From Paramecium tetraurelia (taxonomy: Eukaryota): a stretch of 64,000 nucleotides of DNA. Location of the stretch: NCBI GenBank assembly GCA_000165425.1, contig CT868052.1, positions 248,001 to 312,000 on the forward strand, read 5' to 3'. Made by a program: the position numbers and the translations under genes. Shown in pieces: positions 15,171-27,716 of the stretch. The notes under the pieces are model-generated. The model ran no database searches, had not been told where the DNA came from, and saw nothing but the letters and a program-made list of their open reading frames with translations. The first letter of the stretch is position 1; each line of letters opens with the position of its first letter.

Positions 15171-16996
15171 ATGTAATATTAGATTTAAATCCTAGATATA
15201 TAGTCCTATGATAAAAAATAGTATTACAATATTAGAATTACGAACAACTATTCTACTTGCTATCGTGATGTGAGGGTACGTTTTTAAGATCTAAGCCAAT
15301 TGTCTCGGAACCTTATATCAGACAACTATTAACTTAGTGTAAGATGTTTAACAATATATGTGACTAGTTTCCTGTATTTCCAGAGAAGTCAATCTTCAGT
15401 TCATGGTTTCAGAGCATTGAAAGCAAGGAGGAATTGCAAGAACATCTTAAAGCCATTTAAGCTTACTTAGCTTAAATTAATAAGTAAGGAAATACTTATA
15501 GTTAAGAATGATAATCTATAAGCCTGATGCTATAAACTATTTTGTTTGTAATACATTCGATCCTGAGAGGTTGAAGTGCTTGACTTTTAGCAAGTTATCG
15601 AAGGAGATACTCTATAGTAATTACAGAAAGTCAGCACAAATAAAGAAGTGTTCATTCAATAAAGTGTTTAGAGTGAGTCTCCAATAAATGGCTCTCACAA
15701 TCCATTAATATTTAATACCCCAAAGTGATTTTGCTAAAAATGAATATGAAAATTTTAAGAGAGCACAATTGTTGATAACAGATTTCACTTATGTTGTTAA
15801 ATGCTTTGAAATAGGTCACATCGTTAAGAATAAGCCTTTTTTTAATAAGAAGATTAAGAGAACTGTATATAATAAATTCATAAAAATGGATGACATATAG
15901 TATGATATTATTTATGCAGTTGAAGAATGGGTGGAATAGCCAATGAACCAGATTATATTTTTAAGAGCATAAACACATAATCTTTTTCAGTTAGATGTTA
16001 TTGTTGAAGCAATTATAACATTAGTATCAGTGGCTCAATATTTCTAATTTTTGTAGATATTTTAGAAATAGTTCTCTGTAAGTTATTTGTTTTATGATGA
16101 AAACAAAGGGTTCAAAGTTGGTGGTTTATCACCAATTCTTGCTTACAAAAAGAAATATCATCTATAATATGATAGTGATGTTAACGATTATTAAGCACTA
16201 TAACCACCTGAAAATAATACAACAGGAAGTTCGTATGGTTTTAGGAATAATTTCAATGTTTCATCCAGAATCGATGTTTGGTAGATTGGTATTGTCATTT
16301 TATCAATGGCTTCACTTACATTACCAGCAGAATTTATTTCATTAGCTGCTATAGAAGATAAATTGAACTTAGTATCATTTCAATATGGGTATGAAATTCT
16401 TAAAATTAGGGAAATGTTAGGAAGTTTAATTAGAAATATGTTGATACGTAATCCCATTGAGAGATTTACACTGGTTGATGTTGCTAGTGCTGCTCAAAGC
16501 CTTTTGCCCATGAAATTAGAATATCTGAAGTATGAGGATAAAACTGAAAGAATTCAAGTTTAAATGTTAATTTAAATAGATTACTTCACTTTCTTAATAA
16601 CATCTTGAACAATTAGACAAGACTTTTAAAGAGAAAAAGAAAAGAAAATATATCATTTAAATGACTATTAGCGAACCAGTTGTTTAATAAAAATTCTTAT
16701 TCTATTTGGAGAGAATTAAAAGAGAAAATGTGATACAATTACATATCAATCTATCTCCTTAGCAGATCCCTGATGATTTGATTGAGAAAGTGATGGCTAT
16801 CATAATTGAATATAAGCATTTACAATAACTTGTGTTTAATTTGAGAGGATGCTCTATTAGTGAAATTGCTTGTTTAAATATAATTAATTAAGCTAATATA
16901 ATAAGTCAATTAAAACAGTTGACACTAGAAATAAATGGAATTTAAATAGCTTAGATCCCTGAAACAATAATTAGAGTGGTTGTGTATAACCAATGA
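15171..16996 (+). CDS. PX domain + degenerate protein-kinase fold + LRR-like C-terminus
   Basis: PX: QYYNIRI...VRVRFQDLSQL...FPVFPEK; kinase C-lobe: QPPE, SRIDVWQIGIVILSM, LIRNMLIRNPIERFT; LRR-like: LQQLVFNLRGCSIS, LKQLTLEING. Confidence 0.75.
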
Positions 16997-17023
16997 AAAT
17001 ATATTTTAATATTAATTTATTAA

Positions 17024-18253
17024 ATGAAGGCCATCTTTTTTAGATTCAGTACTTATGCTAAATTCGCAGAAAAAATATAAAATACAAAATTTGCAACCAT
17101 TTACAATTACGAAACTCAAGTCAAACCTGCTTTAAGTATCTATGAATCTATGGGATTTAACGAATAAATGATTTTCAGAATTTTCAAAAATAGAGGTCTC
17201 TCTCTTGTCAAAGAGGATGCTTTAAATGATATTGGATAACTTAATGAGTTATTCAAAAATAGATTGAATGCAGAAGCAAAGTAAATTTCGATCACATTAA
17301 TACAGATAAATGCGAACTATCCTTTTTAAAGACCCATAAATATTGAGCCATTCTATTGAAAAGATGGGCAATTATCTTGACCTATTTGAAAAGTAACTAC
17401 AAATCAGCAAAGAAGAAATTTTATCCATGTTGACAGCATATCCTTTATTAATGAGAAATTTCGAAGTTAACTATGAAAAGTTTAGAAATGTTTTTAATAC
17501 ATATGCACATGTAAATGACAAACAATTTGGATAAATATTGGTGAATACTCCCTTCTTATTCTCATTCAATCTTGAAAGAATACCACCTAATTTTAGGGTT
17601 ATGTATAATAGAGAGTATAAAACTAAGGAAATCTAAGAATTGGTAATTATTCATTTTTATTTGTTAGGTTCAAAAAACTGCAGAATTTTTAGCTCTTAAA
17701 AATCATGATTTTGATAGACTGTTGAATCATTATGATGTTTTAATTCCAAATAAGGAAGTTTAACACTAATTACTAGTTAACAATCATAAATTATTACTCT
17801 TAACACCAGCATATATGTTAAGTCCAAAGATCAACTTATTCAAAGAAATTGGGTTATCAATCCAATAAATAGGGTAGATATTATAAATATGTCCAAATCT
17901 ATTCTTGAAGAGTGTTTAAACATTAAAATTAAAATTGAAATTTTTTGAAAAACATTTGAATTTTAAAATTAAAGATTCTCCACATTTTCCATAGATTTTA
18001 GAGTTCGATTATTGGACAGTCTTAAGACCTAGGTAATACTTCATTATTATTAAGATTGGTGATTTTGAATAATCTAGAAAATGCTATGGATAATTTAAAG
18101 ATGGATTAAGACGAATTCATAAAGAAGTACAATTGTGAATAGAAATACCAAGAATTGTTAAATGAAGCACCAACTAAAAAGAAAATTGATGCAGACTTCA
18201 TGATTAGGAAATACCATAGATATTGTCATGATAGAATATAATTATTACATTGA
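17024..18253 (+). CDS. mTERF-family mitochondrial nucleic-acid-binding protein
   Basis: Presequence-like MKAIFFRFSTY; repeats KDPQILSHSIEKM, AYPLLM, NTPFLFSFNLERI, SPKINLFKEIGLSIQQIGQILQICPNLFLKSV. Confidence 0.8.
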
Positions 18254-18516
18254 TGTATGATATTTAATTGATCGTTTATATTATATATATATGCTAATTC
18301 AAAGTTGAAATTTGTAGTTTAGATAATGACTTTAATAATAATTGATTTTGATCATCTTTTCATTCTGTGAGATTTTTGAATATCAATAAGGTGAAATAAT
18401 ATTTTAAATTATCATAGGGATGGATATATTCAATAAATAAGGAGAAATTAAATTAAAATGGAAGTTTTGTAAATATAAAAATAATAATCTACTGAAAATT
18501 GAACATTTAATTATAA

Positions 18517-21500
18517 TCAATGATAGATTTTATTTCTTAGATAATTTTTAATGGATTTGATTCTATTAATAATACATATTTTAAAGATACCTTAAGATTA
18601 AATCTAATGGAATCATTAAAATCAATAAACGAGTAGTCAAGATATCTTAATTATTTTTTAATTAAACAGGTATCCATACAAAAATTACACCAATTAACAG
18701 GAGAATGTTTATACATAAGAATACTGCCAATCTTAAAACATCTGTTTGGTCAAAATGTTATAATATAGTCGATTCCATAATTGAAATTAAATATCGATAA
18801 CATGCTCTAATAAATATTTTTTACATTCTTCTCATTGAAGTCACTGAAATTGTATTGATCAAATTTATTCGAGTGTTCAAGTCTGGATCATCAGTTATAT
18901 CAAATACTTGTTTCTGACTGCTGTTACGATTTTCAAAGTTTTAGATTGTTTGTCTCAAATCTTCAACAAATTTGGTTATTCCAATCGATAATCCATTTTG
19001 CATTATTCCACCATAAAATGAATTACATACAGGTTCAGTAACAGTGCTTTCAATAGATGCAATAATGGAGCACGGGTTATTAATAAAGATATCATAAAAT
19101 GCAGTTTTGTATTTTTCTTCGAATAGATCCCAAGTATCTGTGTGTAATTGATGTATTTCGGCATCAATATCATATAATTATACGGTTATCTTTCTCAATT
19201 CATCAATGCCATTATTGTTATAGATTAAATAACTGGGATCATAAATAAATTATCTTAAAGCATTATCAGCAAATCTATTAAAGACTTCTGCTGAACTAGT
19301 AAGATTTAGAACAGGCAATATCCTTTGAACTTGACTGACCACAATTTCCACTTAAAATTCTAAAAATAGGAAGTAAAAGAAAATAAGCAAATTCAATATG
19401 AATGAAATGAACAATTAGTTCTAAAACTCTTTACTAGAGTCTTTATGTTTCCTTCTTTTAGGTCTGAAATTTAACACTGCTGCCTCATCACCCTTTTCAA
19501 CAGGTTTCTCTTCGGCTTCAGATATTAGCTAATTTAATAAACAATGTAGTACATCATCATCTCCAATTTGTAGATCTGTCAAAAACAATTCACAATTATT
19601 ATATATCTATTTAATTTGATTCTCTTTAATATCCAAAAACAATTAAATTATTTCTAGTTTATTATGATATATTTGATAGAAGTAACATAATGATGCCAAA
19701 AATCTAAAATATATTGTATAATAATTACAAAATGAATGTCATAAAAGAAATGATGATTAGGAAAGTATTGACACTCCTATCTATTAGTGATGATTTTGAG
19801 AGTATATTGTAATAGTAATAATTTTAGGATATATGTTAAGCAAGGGCCAAAGAATTGTATGAATTAAATTCAAAGTAAAATATTAATGGATTTAGGTCAT
19901 TAAATTCTGTTAAGTCTGAATTGTTCAATTTGATGGCTACAGAAATCAATTACTCTATAGTTTCAGATAAAGTATAATTTTATAAATCACCATAATAGTT
20001 TTTCATTTACACATTTAAACTTTTGAATTCAGTTTCATAAAATTCATATTCTTAAATAAAAGTTACTTCTGCTAAAGATAAATTTAATTCTAGCTCTTCA
20101 ATTTATGCTAAATTTATTTTAAAATTGTTTCTTTATATTTGAATAAATGTATTATTTGTAAGTATTTACTATAATGGTGAATAACCATAATTTAAAAACT
20201 TTAAGTCTTATATAACAGATTGTAGGAGTAAAAATATTGCTACTCTTTCATTATTTTATCTCAAGTATGGAATATTCATTTGAAGATCATCATTAAGTTT
20301 TGTACCCAAGAAGTATTCTGTAAATATACAGATTATTATTATTACTAGTAAGGTATTAATTAACATTTGCATTTTTTTATTGATCGAGGGTAATAATGAC
20401 TATTTGATTTCAGTTTCAATCAATGATTTAGAAGAGTAATTTTAATTCAATTACAAAACGCTTTGTTCTTCGTCTAAGTCATCTTAGTGTGCTAATATGA
20501 TTTAATTATTTTAAGATTCTTCATCCTCTTCCTCTGGCTATTAATCATCTATGTCAACCAATTTATCCCTCAATAAACGAACAGTTCTAATTCCTTAAGC
20601 TAATACATTTGTTTCTTCTTACTATTTAACCTATTCTTAAGTCACAGTCTCCTCAGATTACTTTTATGCACTTTCCCAAATAATACTTGAGTCAAATTTG
20701 ATGGAGTTATCAATAGTATCCGTAATGTTTACTTTCTCTAATTAATAAATGTTTTAAGGTATGAATTTAAACCATTGTTGCTATTACAACTATTTCTTGA
20801 CTACTTATAAACCATTTGTTTATGGCTTTATCAAATCCAGTTTTATTATATATCCAAACACTCTGTTCTCAATTTTTTCAGAAGCCAAGAAATTGAACTA
20901 GATTTCAGTAACCTAACAGTTAAATACTGTTTATTCATGAAGATCGAGCTAAATGTTTTCAGAACTATATTTTATAAAGTCTAAATCCTTTGATAATTTT
21001 TAGGAGGGGGTGTATACTAATTTTTCACCTTATCTTGTTTAATAATCTTCTTTGATATCCATAAAATTTGGGAAAAGATCATTTATGTTTAGTCTCTTCA
21101 TTTCTATGATTTTATTGTCTATCCCCAAAACCTTGATGCACATTGAATTAATATTCTCAATTTAACCATTTGATTAACATAAAATATAACAATAAGGTTT
21201 AAATTAGACATCTTATATCAATTAAGCCATTAAATAGATTTCTTGATTTTAGGTTTAAATAATCTTTACTTAAAGTAAACATTGTATAATATAATGAGCT
21301 TTATTTTTTACAAAAATTATTTTGCATCCTTATTCTTTTGCTTCTTGTAATTGGTTGAGATCACTATTCTCAAGAAATCTAGTCATAATGGTAGTATGCC
21401 ATTTTGAGTAACTAAATCAAATGATTATAAAATACATTTTTGGTTATAATATTTTTAAATGTCTGCCTACAAGATCCGTTTTAGTATAACCCAATAAAGA

Positions 21501-23471
21501 ACAGGCTGCCTTATTTATTGATTATATAATTCCTAATTGATCTCCTTCAGTTTGACAAACTAAAATGGCTTGAGATGAATTTCCCATTTCATCCAAAATG
21601 TAAAGTCCTTTGAATTCAGAATTCTTGTTATTTTTTTCTATCTCAAACATTTATTAACTCTTTATTTCATCATTCCAAACATACTTATAATATTTACCCA
21701 TCAATAAGTATAACTTTTTATGTTTTTAATTTAATTTCTTTATTCTCTTCCATTAATCTTCAACTATTTAAGCAAACTATTGTATCTTAGTACCCAAGTA
21801 TAGTAACTTTCCTGTGTCAGGCATTTCCTCTTGCAATTAAGACCAAAAGTCAATAAATAATAAAGCAGTTCTCTCAACCATATTCATTAACTATTTACTT
21901 TAAGCTAAGAAAGTCATCTCATTTGAAACATCCAAATGAATTGAACTTTCTTACTATTATTATTGCAATTCTTCTTCAATTATCTTCTTAAATCTAAAGA
22001 TAATAAAAGAAAAATCAAAACTAACATTGCTTTGCTCAGCCTATTACAATTCTGTTAATGCTAACTACTTTAGTTTCAAGTAATCCATTAAAAAGTAAGC
22101 ATAATGGAGTCTCAAATGAGTGTCTGTTGGGAAATTCTTAATACCATAAAAAAATATTTGATTGATTACATCCAATAAAATTTGATTACCTTATCTTGTA
22201 GATTTCTTTTTTTCTGTTTATTTACGAGCTTTGAGAACACAATCTGGTTTTGGACATGCATTTTTATGTACTTCAATATAAGCATCTAGTTCTAATTAAA
22301 TATAATGATCATTATGTGCATTCTGAATCATATTTAATAGGTATTCACAAAGCTAAATTATATGATCTCCACTTTCATGAGGATGAATATTAGCTGCAAA
22401 TAAGTCTACTTACTCAGATGGTTCTCTTATTATGATTATTGTAAGAAATGGAATACCAATTAGCCATGCATATAAAGACTTTCTAAAATAATAGCCTTCC
22501 AGTATAGCAGCAAAGGTAAGCATAAATGATGTCCAAAAATTTAGTGCAGTTATTATAACCCATAAGGTTTAGATATTTTTATCATGAAATGGTTAAGTAG
22601 ACTTTACTAAATAGAAAAGCAAATAACTATTTATTAAAAAGACTATTAAAATAACTGAAATGTATTAAGGAGTTTCCAAAAGCTGATATGTCATTATATT
22701 AATCAGTATACAATAATGATAAAAAGAATAAGGTCGACCTGTCCTTTGAGAAAAAGCATTCATTTAAGTTTTCTTTGATTAATAACAAATTAATGAAACT
22801 ATGCTAATTAAGCCCTAGCTTAAAATTAAACTCAATATTGCAAAAATAGCATGAATACTATATTCAAAAGTCCAACAAACTTATGAATTTAAATAAACCA
22901 TTACTTAAATTCCATCTTTCTCATGACAAGCCAAATACTATAATATTCAAGAGGAAAACTTACTCCAAAAAATATTTGCATTAGTGGAAAATAACCTATA
23001 GTCAACAAAAATTTCAATAGATAGCCAAGTATTTTAATCAAAATTATTGGGGCATCTTTGTCTAATATACCAACTAAAAATAGCAACATTATAGTGACAA
23101 GCACAATAGAGAAGAAGAAATACAAAAAGGCTAAAAATATTGAGAAATCAGTATTAACAATATGCAATAAAATTGTAAAGTAGCTATTTGATGACTTTAT
23201 TACTTTACCTTAAAAATTATGTAATTGTATGTGTTAACTATGTGTTATTCCATAAATATGAGGTTTTTAATGCAAAAGCTAAATATATTAACTAAAACAT
23301 TTATATAAAAGATAGAGCCATGCTAACATATATAGATTAGTTATCAAATTATAAAACTTAATATATTGCACTAAAAATATAAATAATTTACTTGAACAAT
23401 TTAGATCTCATGAAAACATACACCTTTTAGAACAACGAAGTATGTAATCCTAAATTTTTTAAATTATTCAT
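18517..23471 (-). CDS. Large multi-pass membrane protein with a PAS domain (TmcB/TmcC-like family)
   Basis: N-terminal multi-TM block, helical region HYAYFLMDYLK, PAS LGIIQSINKAACSLLGYTKTDLVGRHLKILQPK, a second PAS-like segment, C-terminal TMs ending LLILMIPLDLI; several short introns. Confidence 0.85.
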
Positions 23472-23780
23472 ATTAAAAATATTGTTATATATTATGTTTA
23501 ATATTCAATTAGTATAAATAGCATTTATGAATGAGAAAGCAATGTTTATATGTAGAAATTTGAAATAAGAATAAGGGATTTGATATATGATATTAATGAC
23601 GTTTACAATAACACAGTAAAGAAATATGAATTTTCATAAAATAGAGAATATTTAGAAAATATTATGATAAATAGTAGAATGATAATAAAATAATGAAAAA
23701 AAAATATTGGATAATAATAAAGAGATTTATGAATAATAAATAATATTAAGAAAAAAAAAAAAAAAAAGAGTAGAAAGGAA

Positions 23781-23811
23781 GGGGTTGGGGGTGGGGTGTT
23801 GGGTGGTTTGG
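23781..23811 (+). repeat. Degenerate G/T-rich tract resembling telomeric G4T2/G3T3 repeats
   Basis: ggggttgggggtggggtgttgggtggtttgg, shortly after a 17-A run and inside low-complexity sequence before the gap. Confidence 0.35.
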
Positions 23812-24119
23812 AGGATATTTAATTTTTGTATTAAGTTTTTATTTTTTTTGTGGGAATTGGTTTGTTGAATTAGAGGTAGATATGGAGGAAATATGATATT
23901 TTAAAATAAAGATTAAATAGATTTTTGTAAATATGATATATATGGATAAAAATTAATTAAAATATGTTTGGTGAGATAAATAATTTATGAAAAATAGTTT
24001 ATTTATTAAGGAAAAAAAAAAGTATATGTTTAAGAAAGTAGTGATATATGTATAAAGATTATAATTAAAAAAATAAGATGAAAAATAGAAATTATATGTG
24101 AGAAGGAAATAAAAAAAAT

Positions 24120-24269
24120 NNNNNNNNNNNNNNNNNNNNNNNNNNNNNNNNNNNNNNNNNNNNNNNNNNNNNNNNNNNNNNNNNNNNNNNNNNNNNNNNN
24201 NNNNNNNNNNNNNNNNNNNNNNNNNNNNNNNNNNNNNNNNNNNNNNNNNNNNNNNNNNNNNNNNNNNNN
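24120..24269. other. Assembly gap (150 N)
   Basis: Run of n characters. Confidence 1.
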
Positions 24270-24514
24270 CCGTTCTGTGAATATTGAATTATCAGATATA
24301 ATTTTTGTTTCGAAAGTTTTCTTTAGGAAGTTAAGAGCAATTTAATAAATTATTTTTTTGATTTTTTATGTAAATTTCATATTATAAGGTCTTTTCGAAA
24401 TATTATTAATAAAGTTTAGCGATTCAAATTTATCGAATAAGATATAGAATATTATAACATAAATAAGTAGGTCATTTAAATATTATCTGGCATATGTTCA
24501 TTCCACTAAAGATT

Positions 24515-25268
24515 TCAATATGTTTAATAAGCTATTTTATTTTTCCGATATTAACTTTAATAAAAAAAATTAATTACATCATCAGAGTCCGAAATTGTGT
24601 GATATTAAACTGCTTAATTAAATTAGAGCATTTTTGTAAATTCTGCCTAAAATAAAATTTATTTGTTATTATTTCCTTTATTAGCAACAACAACGAATGC
24701 ATTGAATAAAGGATAATACAATTCTAAATTAAATATAATTTAAACCTTTGAAAATTTCTAAGGGATTTAAGTGATTGAGTATCCAAATATGGAATTTATG
24801 GATTACATTTCCAAAGGTAATTGTGTGAACATAACAATCTTATTTTAAAATGATATTGTTTGATTATGTCTATTCTTCGGTGGTGCTATCTGTTAGATTA
24901 TCTGAAGTCTCTGCTAAGTTTAATCAGATTGAGCTTACAGGAATCCAAAATAGACTATAGTCTCTTTAGGTTCATAGAAAAATCCTCACATATCAATAAT
25001 AGAAAGTGAGATTTATAAATAGTGGTCTTTTAAAGCAAGAAGATTGGCTCAGAACCGAATGGATCGAACGAAAAATCATGATTTATAATAAATCCTTCTA
25101 GTTATGGAGAAGGCTATTGGTGCTCCGTGAGTCTTTATCGGCTTTCATCTTATTTGGTTAATTTCTATAAGATATAGAGAGTAGATTTTAAACTTGGAGA
25201 TATTCTTCTTCGGTTTCAGCATGAACTGCCATTCTTCTTTGTCTTCTTCTTGTTTCACATAATATCAT
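24515..25268 (-). CDS. Hypothetical protein with a weak, degenerate small-GTPase-like segment (3 introns)
   Basis: MILCETRRRQRR...; three canonical 22-29 nt introns keep the frame; QDCYVHTITFGNVIHKFHIWILNH...KELYYPLFNAFVVV; ends TAT TGA. Confidence 0.6.
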
Positions 25269-25318
25269 TTATTTTAAATTTTTTTTTAACTTAATACCTA
25301 ATAAATAATCATCTGTCA

Positions 25319-26989
25319 ATGTAAATTGAAGTACCAGTTGTGTATTAATTTGAATGCTTTCGTAAGGGAAAAAATGGAAACAAGAAATACATAGGATTTG
25401 TAAGGCAAGATAGATTGGATTTATGCAAGGTATAATAAGTTGAAGAAGTTGATATTTTAGGATAACCAACCAAATTTCAAATATTCTTTGCCGATTTAGC
25501 TATAAACCCATATAAAGTGGGAAGTCGAAGAGGACAATCAAGAAGGGAAAAAGCATTACAAAATAGTCTCATTCAAATTTCAATAAGTGCTCAAATACAT
25601 TCTAATATTTTTCATAGGTTAAATAAATAAACGAAAACCATGTGGCCAAAATAACTACTTTTTGCGGAGATGAAAAAACCCTGGCTACTTTGAAAGAACA
25701 TTTGAGAAATAAGATCATCTTTTAAAGAATTCAAGACTTTTACACTCCTCTTCAAACCTTGGGCAAAGGAGCCTCATCTAGAGTCTTATTGGTGAGACAC
25801 AAGAATACAGAAAATTATTATGCTGCAAAATGCGTTGACAAATCTTATGTTAATGAAACAGAAAATGGAATCGTATTAGTTTAAACATAAAATAGGAATC
25901 TATGTTTTAAGAGATAGCTATAAATAATGATCTAGATCATCCTTCCTTTATCAAATTACATGCAGTCTACGAAGGAGATAACACATTCTATATGGTTATG
26001 GATTTATTGGAAGGGAAGAGCTTGCATGAAGAATTAAATAACCATAAGAATGGATTCTCAGAAGATATAGTAAGGACCATTATGTGGGTAATAGCATAAA
26101 TGTATATATAAAGTAAATTCTGACTGGTATTGAATATATGCATGAAAAATAAATTATGCATAGAGATTTAAAACCTGAAAACATTATGCTACTCAGAAAG
26201 GACGATTTGAATTCTCTTAAAATTGTTGATTTTGGCTTAGCCACATACTGTAATGTAAATAAGTATCAAATACAATAATTAATCAGATATTTGTTTCCTA
26301 AATGTGGAACGCCTGGATATGTTGCTCCAGAGATAGCCAATCTTACTGACAAAACTTTTAAATACGATAAGGTTTGTGATATTTTTAGTGCTGGTGTGAT
26401 ATTTTTTAAATTGTAAGTTCTATCTTAAATTTAAGATTAACAGGATAAGATCTTTTTCCAGGAGTAGGATTCAATTTAGTTTTGAAATTAAATAAGCAGT
26501 GTAAAATTGATTTAACTCCTTTACAAATCAAAAAAATTGATCCTTTCATTACTGTATTTGTTTTTTCATAAAATCAAGAACCTAATTCAGAAAATGTTAG
26601 AAAAGGAACCAACTCAAAGAATAACAGCTACTCAATGTTTATAAGATCCATTCTTTCTTCCTTGCTATCAAGAAACCGGTATTCAAGGACCTGCTAAGTT
26701 AACAGCCTTTCAGAAAAAGCAAATGTTTTCTACATGCGGAAAAGCCTTCACTACTGAATTTTAAAATGAAAATCTAAAAGGAAGTCCTTAAGATAGAATT
26801 GAAAATAAAGGATCCTTTATTACATAAGAGACCACCTATAAGCCAATTTAATAACACCAATAGAAAATTATATAGAAATTTAATACTACAGAATTTGATC
26901 ATATTGATCCTACTTAAAGTCCCTCTATGGATCAAGTTAAGAAAAAATTTTAATAAGGTGAACCTATTATAGAAGAAGATGAAAAATGA
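25319..26989 (+). CDS. CAMK-group Ser/Thr kinase with an N-terminal PH-like region
   Basis: [48 protein letters not shown]; multiple short introns. Confidence 0.92.
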
Positions 26990-27716
26990 AAATATTAAAT
27001 TTTCATTATTATTATGTTATTAAATTAATTCTCTTAATTGATTTATCAAATTTCAATATTTATAAATAGATGATGATTTACAAGTTTAATGAGGATTAAT
27101 ATATAAATAATAAGATATACAAAAATCCTTTAACTAGGCAATAATTGATTGATATATTTTGTGTATTTTTCACTTATAAATAAAGTTTAAAAGATTATTA
27201 ATATTGAATTAATCAATGATTTAAAATTTATTTTAAGTAATCTTCTATTAAAATTTTATAATTGCAGATTATTTTAACCATGAAATAAAATTAATGAATT
27301 CAGTTGTTTCAGTTGTTGTTGTATTATTGACAAATCAATTATCTTATTGCTTAAACAACATCCTACGTAGTGTAATAAATTTACTACTATAGTTACAACA
27401 TCTACCTGAAAAACCTTATAATAAAGTTCTCTTATTAAATTCAATAGATAGATAATTATGATACTTTTAATACTTAGTTGCAATCTTGACTTCTCATTAG
27501 ATCTTAGATGTTACTAAGAATATCGAGAATGAAGAATATTAAAATAAGCTAATAAATGAAAGTAAGTTATCTATGCATCGAAAGAATGGAGATTAAAATT
27601 TATGAAGAAAGCTGAGATTTATTGGAAGAATCTATAATGGCTCATTCAATCGCAAATATATGTTTTTGATTATTATTATTTTATAAATCAAAATTTCATA
27701 ATCAGACACCCAAATA

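Noticed and set aside
15061..15182. Upstream exon plus an unusually long 47-nt intron (or retained IES) for the PX-pseudokinase
   Set aside because: An in-frame ATG at 15171 in an A-rich context gives a complete PX domain without it.
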